Counted from the first letter of the stretch, positions 27,895-42,585 are shown. The stretch: DNA of 64,000 nt from Octopus vulgaris (GCA_951406725.2 OX597825.1:79608001-79672000); one strand, 5' to 3'. Notes: a model not told the origin generated them from the letters alone. Numbers and translations are program-made.

Positions 27895-27895
<1 letters not shown>
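27660..27895 (+). mobile_element. Probable Penelope-like pLTR repeat with degenerate hammerhead motif (27748-27782)
   Basis: gttt-ccaacga-agag-ttccg-ctc-GAAAC-gtt-aaac. Stem I gttt/aaac and stem II gag/ctc are intact, ends in (TA)n. Confidence 0.55.
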
Positions 27896-27941
<46 letters not shown>

Positions 27942-28027
27942 CATATACGCACATACATACATACATACATACATACATACATACATACATACATACATAC
28001 ATACATACATAAATACATACATACATT

Positions 28028-28058
<31 letters not shown>

Positions 28059-28208
28059 TCATGCCGCTATGTAGAAATCACAAATGACATTCATAAGCAA
28101 ATGGAAAACAAAACATTAGAAATGCAGGCTTTCAAAATAAAACCCACCATCAAAAGCACATTAAGAGAATATACTCACTTATATATATATGTGTGTGTGT
28201 GTATATTA

Positions 28209-28364
<156 letters not shown>

Positions 28365-28365
28365 G

Positions 28366-28396
<31 letters not shown>

Positions 28397-28474
28397 TGTA
28401 TGTATGTATGTATGCATATAGAGAAAAACACAATATACATGTGGATATATATGCATATACATACATATACAGAC

Positions 28475-28537
<63 letters not shown>

Positions 28538-28736
28538 AATATACATGTAAATATACATGTAAATATACATATGTATGTATATATGTATAACATATATATA
28601 TATATGAATGAATGTCGCCACATTTTGTAACCTCTTTTCTGTGGTACGTTTTTATTGTATGTACGGGACCTTGGGGGGCCAACAAAGAAAAGACTATTAT
28701 TATTGTTGTTATTATTATTATTATTATCATTATTAT

Positions 28737-28776
<40 letters not shown>

Positions 28777-29107
28777 TGTTTATTCTTGTTAGAAATTACT
28801 CCGCTGCAAATTGTTCTGCATTTCCTGTGCAACGGTGATGCGTTTTTATACGTCAAACAATTTGACATTTTCAATGTGTGTGCATTTGTCTATATACACA
28901 TCTGCAAGCATACATACATACATATATACGCGTATACGTATATACATACATATGCGGACTTACAGAGAAACCGGCTGAATACATACGAGTTTGTGTGTAT
29001 ATATTTATGAGTGTCTGTGTTTGTATTGGTGTGTCATAGTAGATTTATGTAGCCCCCACTTTCTCTCTTTCACCCTCTCTCTCTCTCTAAATATATGCCT
29101 ATATACA

Positions 29108-29144
<37 letters not shown>

Positions 29145-29328
29145 ACATATATATATGTATGTATGTGTGTATGTATGTATATATATATGCATATATATGT
29201 ATATACACACACACACACATATACATGCATAAATATATATACGCACGTACGTATGTATATGCATTTATATATGTTTATATATATATATATACATACACGT
29301 GTGTGTATATATATATAGAGATAGAACG

Positions 29329-29416
<88 letters not shown>

Positions 29417-29544
29417 TCTATAAACGTATATATATAGAACTGTATATATGTGTATGTATGTGTGTGTGTGTTCCATCTCTATGCAGCCGGTGTAAAGGTG
29501 TGTTGTTTCTTCAGCAGTTCTTTAAACACATGACTCTTGTCTTT

Positions 29545-29590
<46 letters not shown>

Positions 29591-29827
29591 TGTTGTTGTT
29601 GTTGTTGTTGTTGTTGTTATTGTTGGTGGCGGCGGTTCGGTTTGTTAAGTTGCAGCTGTTTTAATAATAAAGACAAACCACATCTCCCAACTCTGTTATT
29701 CTCATTAAATGGTCATTTTTTTAAAAACCGCACATGTTTGCATTTGACATCTTTCTCTCTCCCTCTCTCTCTCTTTGCCTCTATCTATTTGCATGCCTAC
29801 ATACTTACACACACACACACACACATA

Positions 29828-29891
<64 letters not shown>

Positions 29892-29959
29892 TGTTCATAT
29901 ATTCACGTATATATAATCATACATAGATTTATATATATATATACACACACACACACCTG

Positions 29960-29992
<33 letters not shown>

Positions 29993-30540
29993 ATGTGTGT
30001 GTGCTTGTACATATATGCATATATTGCACTTAAATGACGACTGTGTTGCGGTTGATTTATTTTTTGGGCCAAGATTCTGTTTCATATTTTCTTATAAGTT
30101 CTTCGCCGTTTGTTCAGAAGAGTAAAACTGCTCAAATCCATCGCCATCTTTTCTTGACCTAAACGTTCTTATCTTCAAGATAAAATCCTGTTGTTAGGTT
30201 TTGATGTTTCTTTATAAAAGTTTTGAATTTTTGACCTTTCGTCTTATACCTCTTTTTTCAACGAGCATTTTAATTTTGTTTGCGATTAATGTGTTTCATC
30301 CATGTGTTTAGTTTATCCTTACGTTTCACTATTACTCTTTATTCATTCATTAATGCCACAATAATAGAATTTTTAAAGCAAGTGTGTACAGATTTGCTTT
30401 TCACGTTATCTGATGTAGTCTACTGCAATTGCTCCATTCTTGTGAGTATACGGTGATCCGACCGGAGACTATAGGAAGATAACAACTGGCATGTTTTCAA
30501 TCGAATTCGTTAAAACACATTAGGCATTAACATGTTTGCA

Positions 30541-30764
30541 GAGCTGGCAGAGTGGTTAGCACGCCGGGCGAAATGCTTAGCGGTATTTCGTCTGCCGATA
30601 CGTTGTGAGTTCAAATTCCGCCGAGGTCGACTTTGCCTTTCATCCTTTCGGGGTCGATTAAATAAGTACCAGTTACGCACTGGGGTCGATATAATCGACT
30701 TAATCTGTTTGTCTGTCCTTGTTTGTTCTCTCTGTGTTTAGCCCCTTGTGGGTAGTAAAGAAAT
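30541..30764 (+). mobile_element. SINE family A, near full-length
   Basis: gagctggcagagtggttagc...gagttcaaattccgccgaggtcgactttgcctttcatcctttcggggtcga...gggtagtaaagaaata. Confidence 0.92.
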
Positions 30765-31622
30765 AAATTTACACGTTTAGACTTTGTCCTTGATTAGACG
30801 GTTTTTATGATTTTAGTATTTCTGTAGGATATATTCAGTAAGACAAAACCCCGATTTATTTTCCTTAACTAGAATCACGATCTAATATACTTCCATAAAA
30901 GGAAAACTATCGCCATATATGATTTGACCAGTCAGCCCTGGGGATTTATTCACGGCTGACATATTTATTCATAGGAAACTTAAAGTTTTTCCCGTCAAAA
31001 GAAAATCTAGAATCTTCTTGGCCGGCTGTTGTTTAAAGACGATCAAATTCAACTTAGAGCTACTTCAGAATTTGCACGAGTCGGTCGTGTTTCTCATCAA
31101 TTAGTCTCTCATCTCGCTTACCTTTGTCAATGAAAGACTACTCATTATATGCAATCATTCATATATCTTGTATCACTTATACAATATTAATTCATTGAAT
31201 GTAAACGTGTCAATACAGAGCGGAGATAAATAAAATATCTGGAAACTCAATCTATTCTTAGCGTGGTTATCGATAACTCACGCAGTCTAACATCCTACCT
31301 GGTATGAGAAGAACTAAGAAAGAAGACTAACAACCACACGCCATTTGTAATGGTTTGTGGTTTGGTTTTGTAATGCAACGTAACGCGTTTATATTCGAAT
31401 TTTAGGACGGTTTTTGATGTGTTCCTCCAGCGGCCGGCTGGGTAATTTGAGGAGTCTGTCAAGATGCAGTGAGCTATTTTCAAGAGAAAGACATAAATTT
31501 TGTTGGCAAAAACATCAAATGAAGATTTCTGTTGTTGGTAAAAGCACTCAATGGCACTGCAAGAAAATGGGTTGCAATGAATTTTTATCTGAACGAAAAG
31601 GATTGAAGGTAGCACTCTTTTC

Positions 31623-31972
31623 CACTAACGCAGAACGGAGCGCCACTACATGGTGCTAAAGATCCCAACATCACCATCAAAATACAGGACCAGATACTGC
31701 AACAGCTTGGGTTTCAGAGGACCACAGCTCTTCAATATCCTTCCAAAATGCCTGAGAGACCTGCATGGTGTGGATGTGAGCTTCTTTAAAACTAAACTGG
31801 ATCTCTTCTTGTCGAGGGTCCCAGATGAACCTACCTCTCGGCAAGAAACACAGATGCGGGCAGCGGCATCGAACTCCCTTGTTGATCAAGTGCCACGTAT
31901 CAGAGGTGGTTTCACATACTAGTGTAGCTCATTCAACGGGCTGAAACATTTTAAAGGATTTTTAAGGATTTA
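31623..31972 (+). mobile_element. 3' fragment of a second CR1-like LINE subfamily (ORF2 C-terminus and tail)
   Basis: NSLGFRGPQLFNILPK...FKTKLDLFLSRVPDEP...SNSLVD aligns to the C-terminus of the 37501-38835 ORF. Ends gctgaaac plus (ttt(t/a)aagga)-like repeats. Confidence 0.85.
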
Positions 31973-32577
31973 ACGAATATAGCTGAGTTATTTATTTTTG
32001 GATGAAAGAACTAATGACTCTCAGTTCCTTTCGATAGGGGGTGCCATGACTTTCGGCATAGAATGGTGAACCACAATGTTGAGCTGAGGCTCTATTATTT
32101 GTTATTTTTGTTGTTGTTTCATTTGCTTTCCTTAAATAATTTTCATCATTAAAAAAAGGTGGCGTAATGTTTTCATTATTAATTTTTCAAAAATTAATGA
32201 ATAATCAAAAATGTTTAAAAATGCGATGCAAACTTGTCTCCAAGAATAAGAACAAGGCAAGTAAACGTGGCAATTCCGACTTCCAGACTTTCGAAAATGA
32301 CTGCATCTAATTGGCTAAAGTTTCAAGAATTTCAGTTTTTAAACATACGTAATATCTATATTTCTAATTCCTCAAAATAAAAAATGTTTATGATTTCGTA
32401 ATTAGCATGAAAAACTGCATCTGTTGAAATATTTAAAAAAATCGAGTGTGTGTGTGTGTGTGTGCGTATGCGTGTGTGTGTGCGTATGCGTGTGTGTGTG
32501 CGTATGCGTGTGTGTGTGTGAGAGAGAGAGAGAAAGAGAGATATAGACAGAGACAGACAGACAGAGGAGGAGGAGTA

Positions 32578-33480
32578 GGGGGTTTCTCCAAAAAATGTGT
32601 ACACACGTTGAATGATTATAAAGTCAGTATATATCAAAATACATTTCATTATCAAAATTAGATAGAATCAACGGAGAGAATTTAATTTTTGTTGAACTGT
32701 TTTCAGTTTGAAAACTATTCTGGCCCTTACATTACTATAGTAGTATGGGGCTGCCTCTTTTTGCTGAAAATAAAACTCCACATCTTCAAAGTCTCCTTGA
32801 ATGCTTGGTATGACAGATTGTTGCACCAAGTTCAAATAAATGGGACCAATTGCAATACTGTCAAAAAAAGAATGGTCCAATGAATCCTTTTGTTGATAAG
32901 CCACACCATAATGCAACTCCTAGTAAATTAACATGAGATTCTTCTATAATATTTAAATTCTCAGGTCCCTAATAGGTGCAGTTGTGGTTGTTAATTAGGC
33001 CATTTAATTTAAATGTAGCCTCATCACTCCAATCTTTGTTGGAAAGAATACCTCTTCCACACATCTTACCAAGTGCCACTCATAAAACTCCACTCTTTGC
33101 TCTGGGTCATCTTCATTGAGAACATGGACTATTCTTGGAATGTAACTTTTCCACTGACAGTGCTTGAGAATGTGATGAACACTTGATTTTGAAACAAACT
33201 TCTCATGACTTGCTTGCCAGAGATTTTCTGGAACTCTAGCAATGTTTCTAGTGCCCTTTCTTGCTTTGTGGGACTCGACAATGTCCAGTCTTCTGGGATA
33301 TTTCTTGTGGACATTCTGAACAGTTCCCTCTGCTTCAAAACTCACCTTTAATTCAAGTGATGGCAAGTCGCATTGTGTATGTTTTAAAACTCTCCCCTAA
33401 ACTATCACAAAACTTTGACTACATTTTCAAGTTCCCAGCAGATCTTTGGTACAAATTTTCGTAGTTCAAAGCTTAGTCTG
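32578..33480 (-). mobile_element. Degenerate Tc1/mariner-superfamily transposon
   Basis: Frameshifted motifs [28 protein letters not shown]...GPFFF, YFQQ(K)EAAPYY. TIR-like gggtttctccaaaaaatgtgtacacac. Confidence 0.85.
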
Positions 33481-36400
33481 GCTCCCTTCGTTATTTATCG
33501 TGGGTTAAGTCTAAAAAGAAATGAAAATAAAGGAAAATATCAGCTGTTAAAGTGAGTATATACGTTGTCTTTGTATGTATGCATGTATGTTAAAGTGAGT
33601 ATATACATTGTCTTTGTATGTGTGTATGTATGTGTGTCTCCGTGTGTAATTATGCATATAAAAGTGTACAACATTATGTTGGAATTGAACTCAGAATGCA
33701 AAGAACCTGAACAAAGGCCACAAAACATTTTTCCCCGACGATCCAACAATTTTGCCAATCCACGATCGATCTCTAAACTCGAGCAGTACTTTATTTTATC
33801 GACCCTAGAGAGATGAAAGGCAAAATTAACCGCGGCGGAATTTGAACTCAGAACGTAAAGAGCCGGACCAAATACTGCAGGGCATATCCGTTCCCTCATC
33901 CCCTAACGATTCTGCTTACCCACCGCCCTTCACCCAGTATTTAATAATGAAGATATATCGTCCAACTTTTTTTCTTTTAGTAATGTTTGCTAAGCAAAAT
34001 TAAAACAATTGCTTTCCGCTTTTCGTATTTCTTTCTTTTCTTGTATGTTTGTTTGTTTGTTCGAGCAATTTGAATATATGCTGAGTTAGCGGAGAGGTTG
34101 TATATAAAAATGGGATCAGTCACGAAACGCAATAAAAGTTCGTTCACCCAATTGAAGTTTAAAAGCTATTAGTGCAAGATACAATCAAATGGTGATTGTA
34201 TATTTTATAATAATTTCTAATACACAAAATACAGCCGAATGCAGACTATATGTGCATATATACCAGTACTACAACACATTCAAATACTGATTACATAATA
34301 TAGATATCAAACACACACACAAACACACAAAATAAATAAATTAGAAACACCGGAAACTTCAATATGACTGATAGAAGGCTTTTATTTTCCTTAAATTTTC
34401 ATTATTTTATTTAAGATATTGAATAAACGTGATATTTTTCCACATACGTTTAATTCCTTGTGTTGTTGTTTATGTACAAGCCTTGTATTGTCAGTTGAGC
34501 GATGTAAGATATTATTTGTTTAAAGACTTTAAAACTATAAATTACGGTATTTAAATGAAACTCACAAAAAGGATATCAGGCGTTGGCCAGGAAATAAAAG
34601 GACTCGGTGGCCAGTTTGTTGAATGAGATCATAGTAATTCCGCATAAAATATCTTATTTCAAACACAATGTTTATATTATTTGTAACAGAAATACACGTT
34701 ACTTTTTTAATTCTTAAAATTTTACTTGCGTTTCAGTAACCCGCTATTAAAGGAAATAACACACACACACTTACACACATACATACATACACACATAAAC
34801 AAACAAACAAACACACACCCACATGCACACAGATATCTATCTTGTACACACACAGACACACAGATGCACATACACACGTTATTAAATGTTTTATGCGCAA
34901 TACAGCATGTATTAGAAATCCTACGTTAGATTTAGTGCGATTAGATTACAGTTAAATCATTCTTTGGAATTTAAACATATGTAAATACATTTTGTTATTC
35001 TCTTTCTTATACAGAAAAGTAAAGGAGATTATTTTGACATGTTTTTTTATATCATTGCTATTCAATAGAGTATAAAGCAGTCCTCAACCTTTTGTGCACG
35101 AAGAGAACTTATAGCAATCGCTATTTAGATGAAACACAAGCCAGAACTTAACTGTAGTAGCAAGATTAATTTATTTGCTGCGGGCCACATACAATCAAGT
35201 GGAGAATCGTGGAAAAATCCAAGCCAGGTGTTAATGGATTTAAGAAACGCAACTTATGCGTAGCAGAAAGATCTCATATTCTAAGATCCAAAAATTCCAC
35301 CACACTAGTGAATTCCAGATCTGAAATTTTTAGCAGGTGCAAACACATTGACAGGTTTCTTTTGTCGAATTGGAAGATATCACTCGTTCCGGATTGAGTT
35401 GCTGTCTCACAGACTTTGACATATTTTCTGCTATTTTGTTCTATACAAGCTGCATTAATTATGGCTTTTGCAGTTAGAGAGGATGGGGAGCTTAGTTTTC
35501 TTGCTTTCGTTTCTTTCTTCTCATTCCCTTTTTTGCACCAACTTTCTTTGTGTTTTTCTTCTCGTGTTTTCTTATTTTCTCATTGTCCAGCGTCCTAGTT
35601 TTTAAAACATAACGCATAAAAAGTGTCTGAAAGACTGAAAAAAAAAAGACAAGTAATCCTGCACGTGCTATAGTTTTTAAAATAATTCTTTCAACTATAA
35701 GCCCAAGGCCTGAAATTTTGATGGGAAAAGTCTGGTCAATGTAAGCGACCCCAATGCTCAACTGCTACTTGCTTTATTCTTTTCTACTCTAGGCTCGAGG
35801 CCCGAAATTTTGGGGGAGGGGGCCAGTTGATTAGATCGACCCCAGTACGAAACTGGTACTTAATTTATCGACTCCGAAAGGATGAAAGGCAAAGTCAACC
35901 TTGTCGGAATTTGAACTCACAAACGTAAAACCGTATGAAATGCTGCAAAGCATTAAGTCCAGCATAACAATGATTTTACCAGCGCGCCGCCTTGCTATAG
36001 TTGAAATAATGACGACATGGTTACGGCCGAATTAACTAAGGCCATAGGTACGTTCGATCAAAACTGATCTGAGTGTAAATAATAATAACTAACATTATCA
36101 CCTCAAAACTATCACCACCACCAACAACAAAAACAGAAACAACAAGAGCAACAATAGCAATAACGACAACTCTAACGTCTTATGGTTCTCAAATGACGAT
36201 ACAGTTATAATTTAAGGAGAGTCTGATCTATTTATGACTTTTTTCTAATAACGAGGCCATGTATGGGAAACACAAAATGGCGTCCGTTCATTCCGGAAAT
36301 AGAATTCAATTACTCACTATCAGGGATACTTAGCATATTTTGTTTTACATTTTGTGTCAATACTTGATGATGCTTAAGATTCATAATCAAAATATTCTAT

Positions 36401-36536
36401 AATTTATTTATTCATTTTTTAAAATTTATTCATTTATTTACTGTTGTTGTGGTTTAAAAAAATTTCGTTTTATCTTGCTATTTACAGTTTTTTTGCTATT
36501 TGTTTTCTTACTACTGCTGTTGTTCATACCGTTGAT

Positions 36537-36735
36537 CTTCTTCTTCTTCTTCTTCTTCTTCTTCTTCTTCTTCTTCTTCTTCTTCTTCTTCTTCTTCTTC
36601 TTCTTCTTCTTCTTCTTCTTCTTCTTCTTCTTCTGATTATTATTATTATTATTATTATTACTAGTAGTCGTAATAGTAGTAGTAGTGGTGGTGGTGGTGG
36701 TAGTAGTGCTAGTAGTAGTAGTAGTAGTAGTAGTA
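36537..36735 (+). repeat. (CTT)n/(ATT)n/(AGT)n microsatellite
   Basis: Direct reading. Confidence 0.95.
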
Positions 36736-37210
36736 TGACTATTATCATTATCATTATCTAACGTCCGTTTACTGTTCAGCCAGTCATTGTGTGGCTATAT
36801 TCACTGGATATGTCTAAAGTGAAGAAGTCAGCTTATAAATAATATACAATGAGTCGTTGTGAGGCCAGCGCTGATAACGACTAATTATATCATTTTCGGT
36901 AGGTATGCATACCAATGCATGGATGCATACATACACATACAGACATATATGTGTATATATAATACATACATGCATGCATGCATATATATATGTGTGTCTG
37001 TGTGTATGGATGCATGTATATGTAAAACACGGACTGCACAAACACATACACACATATATATATATATATTAACACACTAACAGAGAAACAAGCATTTCTC
37101 TATGTGTGTGCTTCTCAAGCACATTCCGCCATTCTTTAAATACAAACACTTACTTGCACACGCTAACAAATTCGTATTTATCCTTATGCATGCGTTCAGT
37201 CTCAGCTGCC

Positions 37211-37253
<43 letters not shown>

Positions 37254-37346
37254 CTGTGTGTGTGTGTGTGTATACATATACATATACACACATACACACA
37301 CATATATATACATATGCATAGATATAAATACACATATATGTGCAGA

Positions 37347-37444
<98 letters not shown>

Positions 37445-37500
37445 GCACACACATATTTATGTATATGTATATATATATATATATATATATACATATATAT

Positions 37501-38835
37501 ATTATCAAGGTATTTGAGAGGGTGGTGAGATCTCGAATAACCCAATTTCTGGAAAGCAACAGACGGCTGATCTCCAACCAACATGGGTTCCGTAATGGAA
37601 GGGACTGCCTAACGCAGCTCCTGCATCACTTTGAGGACATTTTGAGAGCTTTGGGAGAGGGCTCCAACACCGATGTCATCTACCTTGATTTCAGTAAGGC
37701 CTTCGACAGGGTCGATCACAAGATCCTATTGAAAAAACTATCCAACATTGGTGTCTCTGGAAAGTTACTGAAATGGATTAAGTGTTTCCTGAAAGACAGA
37801 TCTCAACATGTTGTAGTTGAAGGGGTAAAATCAAGCCCAGCCAAAGTCAGTAGTGGCGTTCCGCAAGGCACTGTGCTGGGCCCACTTCTTTTCATCATTT
37901 ACATTAATGACATTAATGACATCATCAAGCACAGCAACATAAAAATCTTTGCAGATGACTCCAAGCTACAGAAGGTCATAAATGAGGCGAGTGACCGGAC
38001 ATGCCTTCAGTCAGATCTACTGGCTGTTATCCAATGGGCAGAAAAAAACAATATGCTGCTGAACGGGGATAAATTTGAGCTAATCCACTTTGGAAAAGAG
38101 GATGCCCTGAAACTCCCATACTCCCTTCCTTCAGGTGAAACTCTCGCGGCGTCCAACAACATCAGAGACTTGGGAGTAATTGTGGACAACAACGTAAGCT
38201 GGGCCACTCATATAAACACCAAAGTTGACATGGCCCGCAGAATGTGTTCCTGGATTCTCAGAACTTTCCAGTCGAGAGATATCCACACCATTATCCTTCT
38301 CTTCTCCACTTTTGCCCGACCCCACCTTGAATACTGTTGTCCACTGTGGTCTCCCCACACAATACAAGGTATCATAAAAGTTGAAGCACCTCAAAGGGCA
38401 ATCACAAAAAAGATAGATGGCATGACAGGCCTCGACTATTGGGGTCGACTAGAAAAGCTAAAACTCTATTCTCTCCAACGTCGTCGTGAGCGCTACATCA
38501 TCTGCATGATGTGGAAAATATTCCATCAGCATTGCCCAAATGATGTTGGCATCACCTTTAAGGTACATCCAAGGCTTGGGCCCCGTGCCATCCGCCCAAA
38601 ACAAAAATCGCACTCTCATCTCATAACAACAATACGGCACAATTATTTCACCTCAATTGGCCCCGCTCTCTTTAACATTACACCAAAATACATTAAAACA
38701 GAAACTGACCCTATAGGGTTCAAGAAGTCTTTGGACAGATTCCTTCAAGAAATCCCGGATAAACCCCCTACACCCGGATATGTCTCTGTAAACAATAACT
38801 CTCTACTTGAGTGGGCCATAGTGCCCAAATTCTGA
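37501..38835 (+). CDS. Non-LTR retrotransposon ORF2, partial (reverse transcriptase and C-terminal domain, ~444 aa, lacks APE domain and native start)
   Basis: [57 protein letters not shown] motifs. No stops or frameshifts. Confidence 0.93.
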   Translation: MIKVFERVVRSRITQFLESNRRLISNQHGFRNGRDCLTQLLHHFEDILRALGEGSNTDVIYLDFSKAFDRVDHKILLKKLSNIGVSGKLLKWIKCFLKDRSQHVVVEGVKSSPAKVSSGVPQGTVLGPLLFIIYINDINDIIKHSNIKIFADDSKLQKVINEASDRTCLQSDLLAVIQWAEKNNMLLNGDKFELIHFGKEDALKLPYSLPSGETLAASNNIRDLGVIVDNNVSWATHINTKVDMARRMCSWILRTFQSRDIHTIILLFSTFARPHLEYCCPLWSPHTIQGIIKVEAPQRAITKKIDGMTGLDYWGRLEKLKLYSLQRRRERYIICMMWKIFHQHCPNDVGITFKVHPRLGPRAIRPKQKSHSHLITTIRHNYFTSIGPALFNITPKYIKTETDPIGFKKSLDRFLQEIPDKPPTPGYVSVNNNSLLEWAIVPKF

Positions 38836-38924
38836 CTTGAAAGACTTCACCAGGTGGTGCTATTAAGTTAGACATGGCCTGGGCCAATAATGGCCGAAAC
38901 CTATCAAAGTATCAAAGTATCAAA

Positions 38925-38925
<1 letters not shown>
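37501..38925 (+). mobile_element. 5'-truncated CR1-like LINE inserted in (TA)n
   Basis: RT ORF, short 3' UTR with hairpin ggcca-ataa-tggcc, tail (TATCAAAG)x3 at 38902-38925, TA-rich repeats on both sides. Confidence 0.92.
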
Positions 38926-38968
<43 letters not shown>

Positions 38969-39584
38969 AAATAATAAGGGTGAAAAATTGAATATTAATT
39001 TGATTAATATCAATTTAAAACCAGTGGTCTAGCATATTAAAATCTGAAGATTCAGAAAAATTATTATACATACATATAAGACCATAGCGGATCTACTTCT
39101 AGCATAATGGATGTCCACGTAGTGGTCAACCCTCTTATATGTATGTATATATATATAAGGATATAAATAATTTTCCACACGTAAATCTACGCATACATAC
39201 ATATACTTGAATACATAAATACGTTAATATGTGTGTGTGTGTGTGTGTGTGCGTCTGTGTGCGCTTATGTGATTGTTTGTATATATACCTGCCATTTTGC
39301 AAAGATTTTGCCGAAAATAAATTATATGAATGTACATGTATGTGTGTGGATATATACATCCGTGTATACATGTATGTATGCATACGTTGTATATACAAAC
39401 ATTCTTGCGCACAGGTACACATGGACTGTGACCCTGCTCGCACTCATACATCGTGACTAATTATATCCAGCGTATATGTTAATTACATCCTGCATACATG
39501 TGTATATAGAATTATATTTAGTTGTGTACAAATGATGCAATGTGCATGTTAAACTGAGGTTTGAAACTATGGAACCTCTCCCCT

Positions 39585-39624
<40 letters not shown>

Positions 39625-39808
39625 ACACAGGTTGTCTTATCTGCACACATTAAAACACGTGGACATGCGCATGCACATTCCTGACATACATGCATAAATA
39701 CATCATATATACAGATATATATACAGTGCACACCTATACCTATATATGTAAATACATATAGATATGTGTATATAACGTCGATATCTAAATGTATATCTGT
39801 CTATCTAT

Positions 39809-39844
<36 letters not shown>

Positions 39845-39949
39845 TGAACACACACACATACACTCATGCACTTACATACATTCACACACACAAACGCAGA
39901 CACACATACATACTTATATATATATATATATATATAAATAAATATGTCT

Positions 39950-40115
39950 GTGCATATACATATATAAATGTATATATCCATATATATACATATACATATA
40001 TACATACATCCATGTATGCATACATACATACATATATACATACATATATATATTTATATGTATGTATGTATGAATATATACATACATATATATATATATA
40101 TACATATATATATAC

Positions 40116-40149
<34 letters not shown>

Positions 40150-40360
40150 TTATATATATATATATATATATGTATGTTTATATATATATACATATGTATA
40201 TGTATGTGTATATATGTATATATATATATACATATATAGATGTATATGTATATGTATATGTATGCACACACACTCACACACGCATACACATACGCACACA
40301 TATATACACATATATATGCATATATATATATACATATATAGATGTATATACATATATGTG

Positions 40361-40423
<63 letters not shown>

Positions 40424-40459
40424 ATGTATGTATGTATGTATGTATGTATGTGTGTATGT

Positions 40460-40499
<40 letters not shown>

Positions 40500-40520
40500 A
40501 TGTATGTATGTATGTGTGTA

Positions 40521-40557
<37 letters not shown>

Positions 40558-40578
40558 ATGTATGTATGTATGTGTGTA

Positions 40579-40609
<31 letters not shown>

Positions 40610-40657
40610 ATGTATGTATGTATGTATGTGTGTATGTGTGTGTGTGTGTATGTATAT
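39950..40657. repeat. Compound (TA)/(TG)/(TATG) microsatellite field
   Basis: Direct reading. Confidence 0.95.
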
Positions 40658-41166
40658 CGTTAAATAACACGCGTGGCCTATAAGCAAAGAAAAAAGAAAT
40701 AATTCAGAGCAGTTAATTATTTTATTATCACAGATCGCTTTATGAGGGGGAGGTGCACTGGAGCTGGTAGAAGAATTCCGTTGAAATTCCAGAACATCGA
40801 CGCCAACGAAAAACTGTTGGTATGAACATCGATGGGAAGGTCACTTACTTGATGTGGGTGAATCATTAGTGTGCCCGGGAAGAGGCTTCCGATTATTTTA
40901 GTAACTTCTCTTTGGGTTCTGAGCTCGAATTTAGTCGAGGTAAACTTTGCATTTTTTGAGGGATCGACAAAATAAAATACCAGTTAACTACAGGTGTTTG
41001 ATTTAATCGGTTCAGTTACGAGTAACCTTTTACGAGAAGCGGGCCGCATGAGTCGTGGCTGATTACCAGGCGATTACAGATTGTGTACACTCCGGCCAAA
41101 TTATTTATGTATATTTCCTAATTGGTATAAGTGAAAACATACCATCAAAAGAATATGTATACATAA

Positions 41167-41226
<60 letters not shown>

Positions 41227-41229
<3 letters not shown>

Positions 41230-41749
41230 CAGGAAGTAAATAGACACTTTTAATTTTCAAAATCTTTTCTTTGTTATTCATTGGTTGAAGGAGATGTTTT
41301 CGTCTAGTTGCTCATCCATAATACCCAAGCGAACTTCTAACTGTTTTGCAATGTCAGAAGCCTTCGAACGGGGTTTGTTTTCCACGATTCTCATCCTTTC
41401 CGAGGGTCCAGGTCGGCCGGGACGAGAATCTGTTGATTCTTTTCCTTGGCTTTTGAATTGCACTATAATTCTATTAAGAGTAGCAAGAGGAATTTGAAGA
41501 TTTTCAGTAATTTTTCGCTGGATGAGACCATCCTCAGATTGCCCAACAATACAACCTCTTTGAAAGTCTGACAGTTCTGCTGAATTTTTTGTGCGTGGCA
41601 TGGTTACTCTTTGCAAATGTTTAATATAATGGTACCTGGAATGAAAAAGAATAATTACATTGTAAATTCTACACAGCTGAAAACATATTAAGACCCTTAG
41701 GTCAAAAATTTTGAAAATTAAAGGTGTCTATTTACTTCCTGCATTTCTG
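41227..41749 (-). mobile_element. Internally deleted Tc1-like element with both TIRs
   Basis: ~37-bp TIRs atgcaggaagtaaatagacacYtttaattttcaaaat. [15 protein letters not shown]...SRPGRPG is a Tc1 N-terminal HTH region. Confidence 0.9.
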
Positions 41750-41809
41750 TGTGTATGTGTGTGTGTGTGTGGTGTGTGTGTGTGTGTGTGTGTGTGTATG
41801 TATTTATAT

Positions 41810-42270
41810 AGGGGGGAGAATTCATAAAAAAACAAAAGACGAAGACAGGTGGTGTAGACAACAAACAGATGGATTAGTTTAACGCTCAGGAAGTGAAAAA
41901 GTCTTTAAATGTTTCGAGCCTACGCTCTTCCATAGAAAGGAACACAGAAAGAAACAAGGAGAGAAAATAAAGAATGTGTAGTGGCTAGCGATCTATCTTG
42001 GCGAATGCCGGACAGAGGGTTCACACAGGAGAGCTAGGAAGAAGGGGAGATGATAAAATAGTGGTGATCCCAAAACGAAGGTGCGCGTGCGTGTGTATAA
42101 GTGAGTATGTGCGTGTGGAAGAGGGCTGGTGACCTTGACGTGTGGATGTGGGGTTGGGAAGTGGTCAGTGCTAGTGTGTGCGTGGTGGTGTGATGTGATG
42201 CGGTGTTGTGTTGTATGGTGGCGTAGTGGTGTGTGATGGTGTTGGGAGGTGGGGGAGGCGAGAGTGGGGA
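41810..42270 (-). mobile_element. Probable Penelope-like pLTR repeat, longer copy (hammerhead-variant motif 41903-41939)
   Basis: Same family as 5500-5652 and 58236-58420. 42020-42145 is also homologous to 47270-47400. Confidence 0.6.
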
Positions 42271-42534
42271 AAGCAAGAGTGGGGTGTGGATGCGCGAATG
42301 GTTTTATTATACGGTGGCGAGTTTTACAATCCTGTAAATAATAATAATAATGATATTTATATAAGCTTAAAGCTTCTAGTGTGTAATGGTTACACACTTA
42401 GTCGCGTTAACAAAGGAATGTGGGTTCGAGTTCCACGCAGATGGGAAAGCCTACTTTTTTCTGCCGAGGGTATATATGCCTCATTATTAGACTATTTTCC
42501 TTATCATTGCACGGTGATCGGCATAAGCTTATAT

Positions 42535-42585
<51 letters not shown>

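Noticed and set aside
30030-30420. Possible Penelope N-terminal remnant (DLSSFTL) on the minus strand
   Set aside because: A single short motif, too degenerate to support
37102-37500. N-terminal 133 aa of the 577-aa ORF as a novel domain fused to RT
   Set aside because: It is mostly translated (TA)/(TG)/(CA) microsatellite that happens to be stop-free and in frame. LINE homology starts at ~37501
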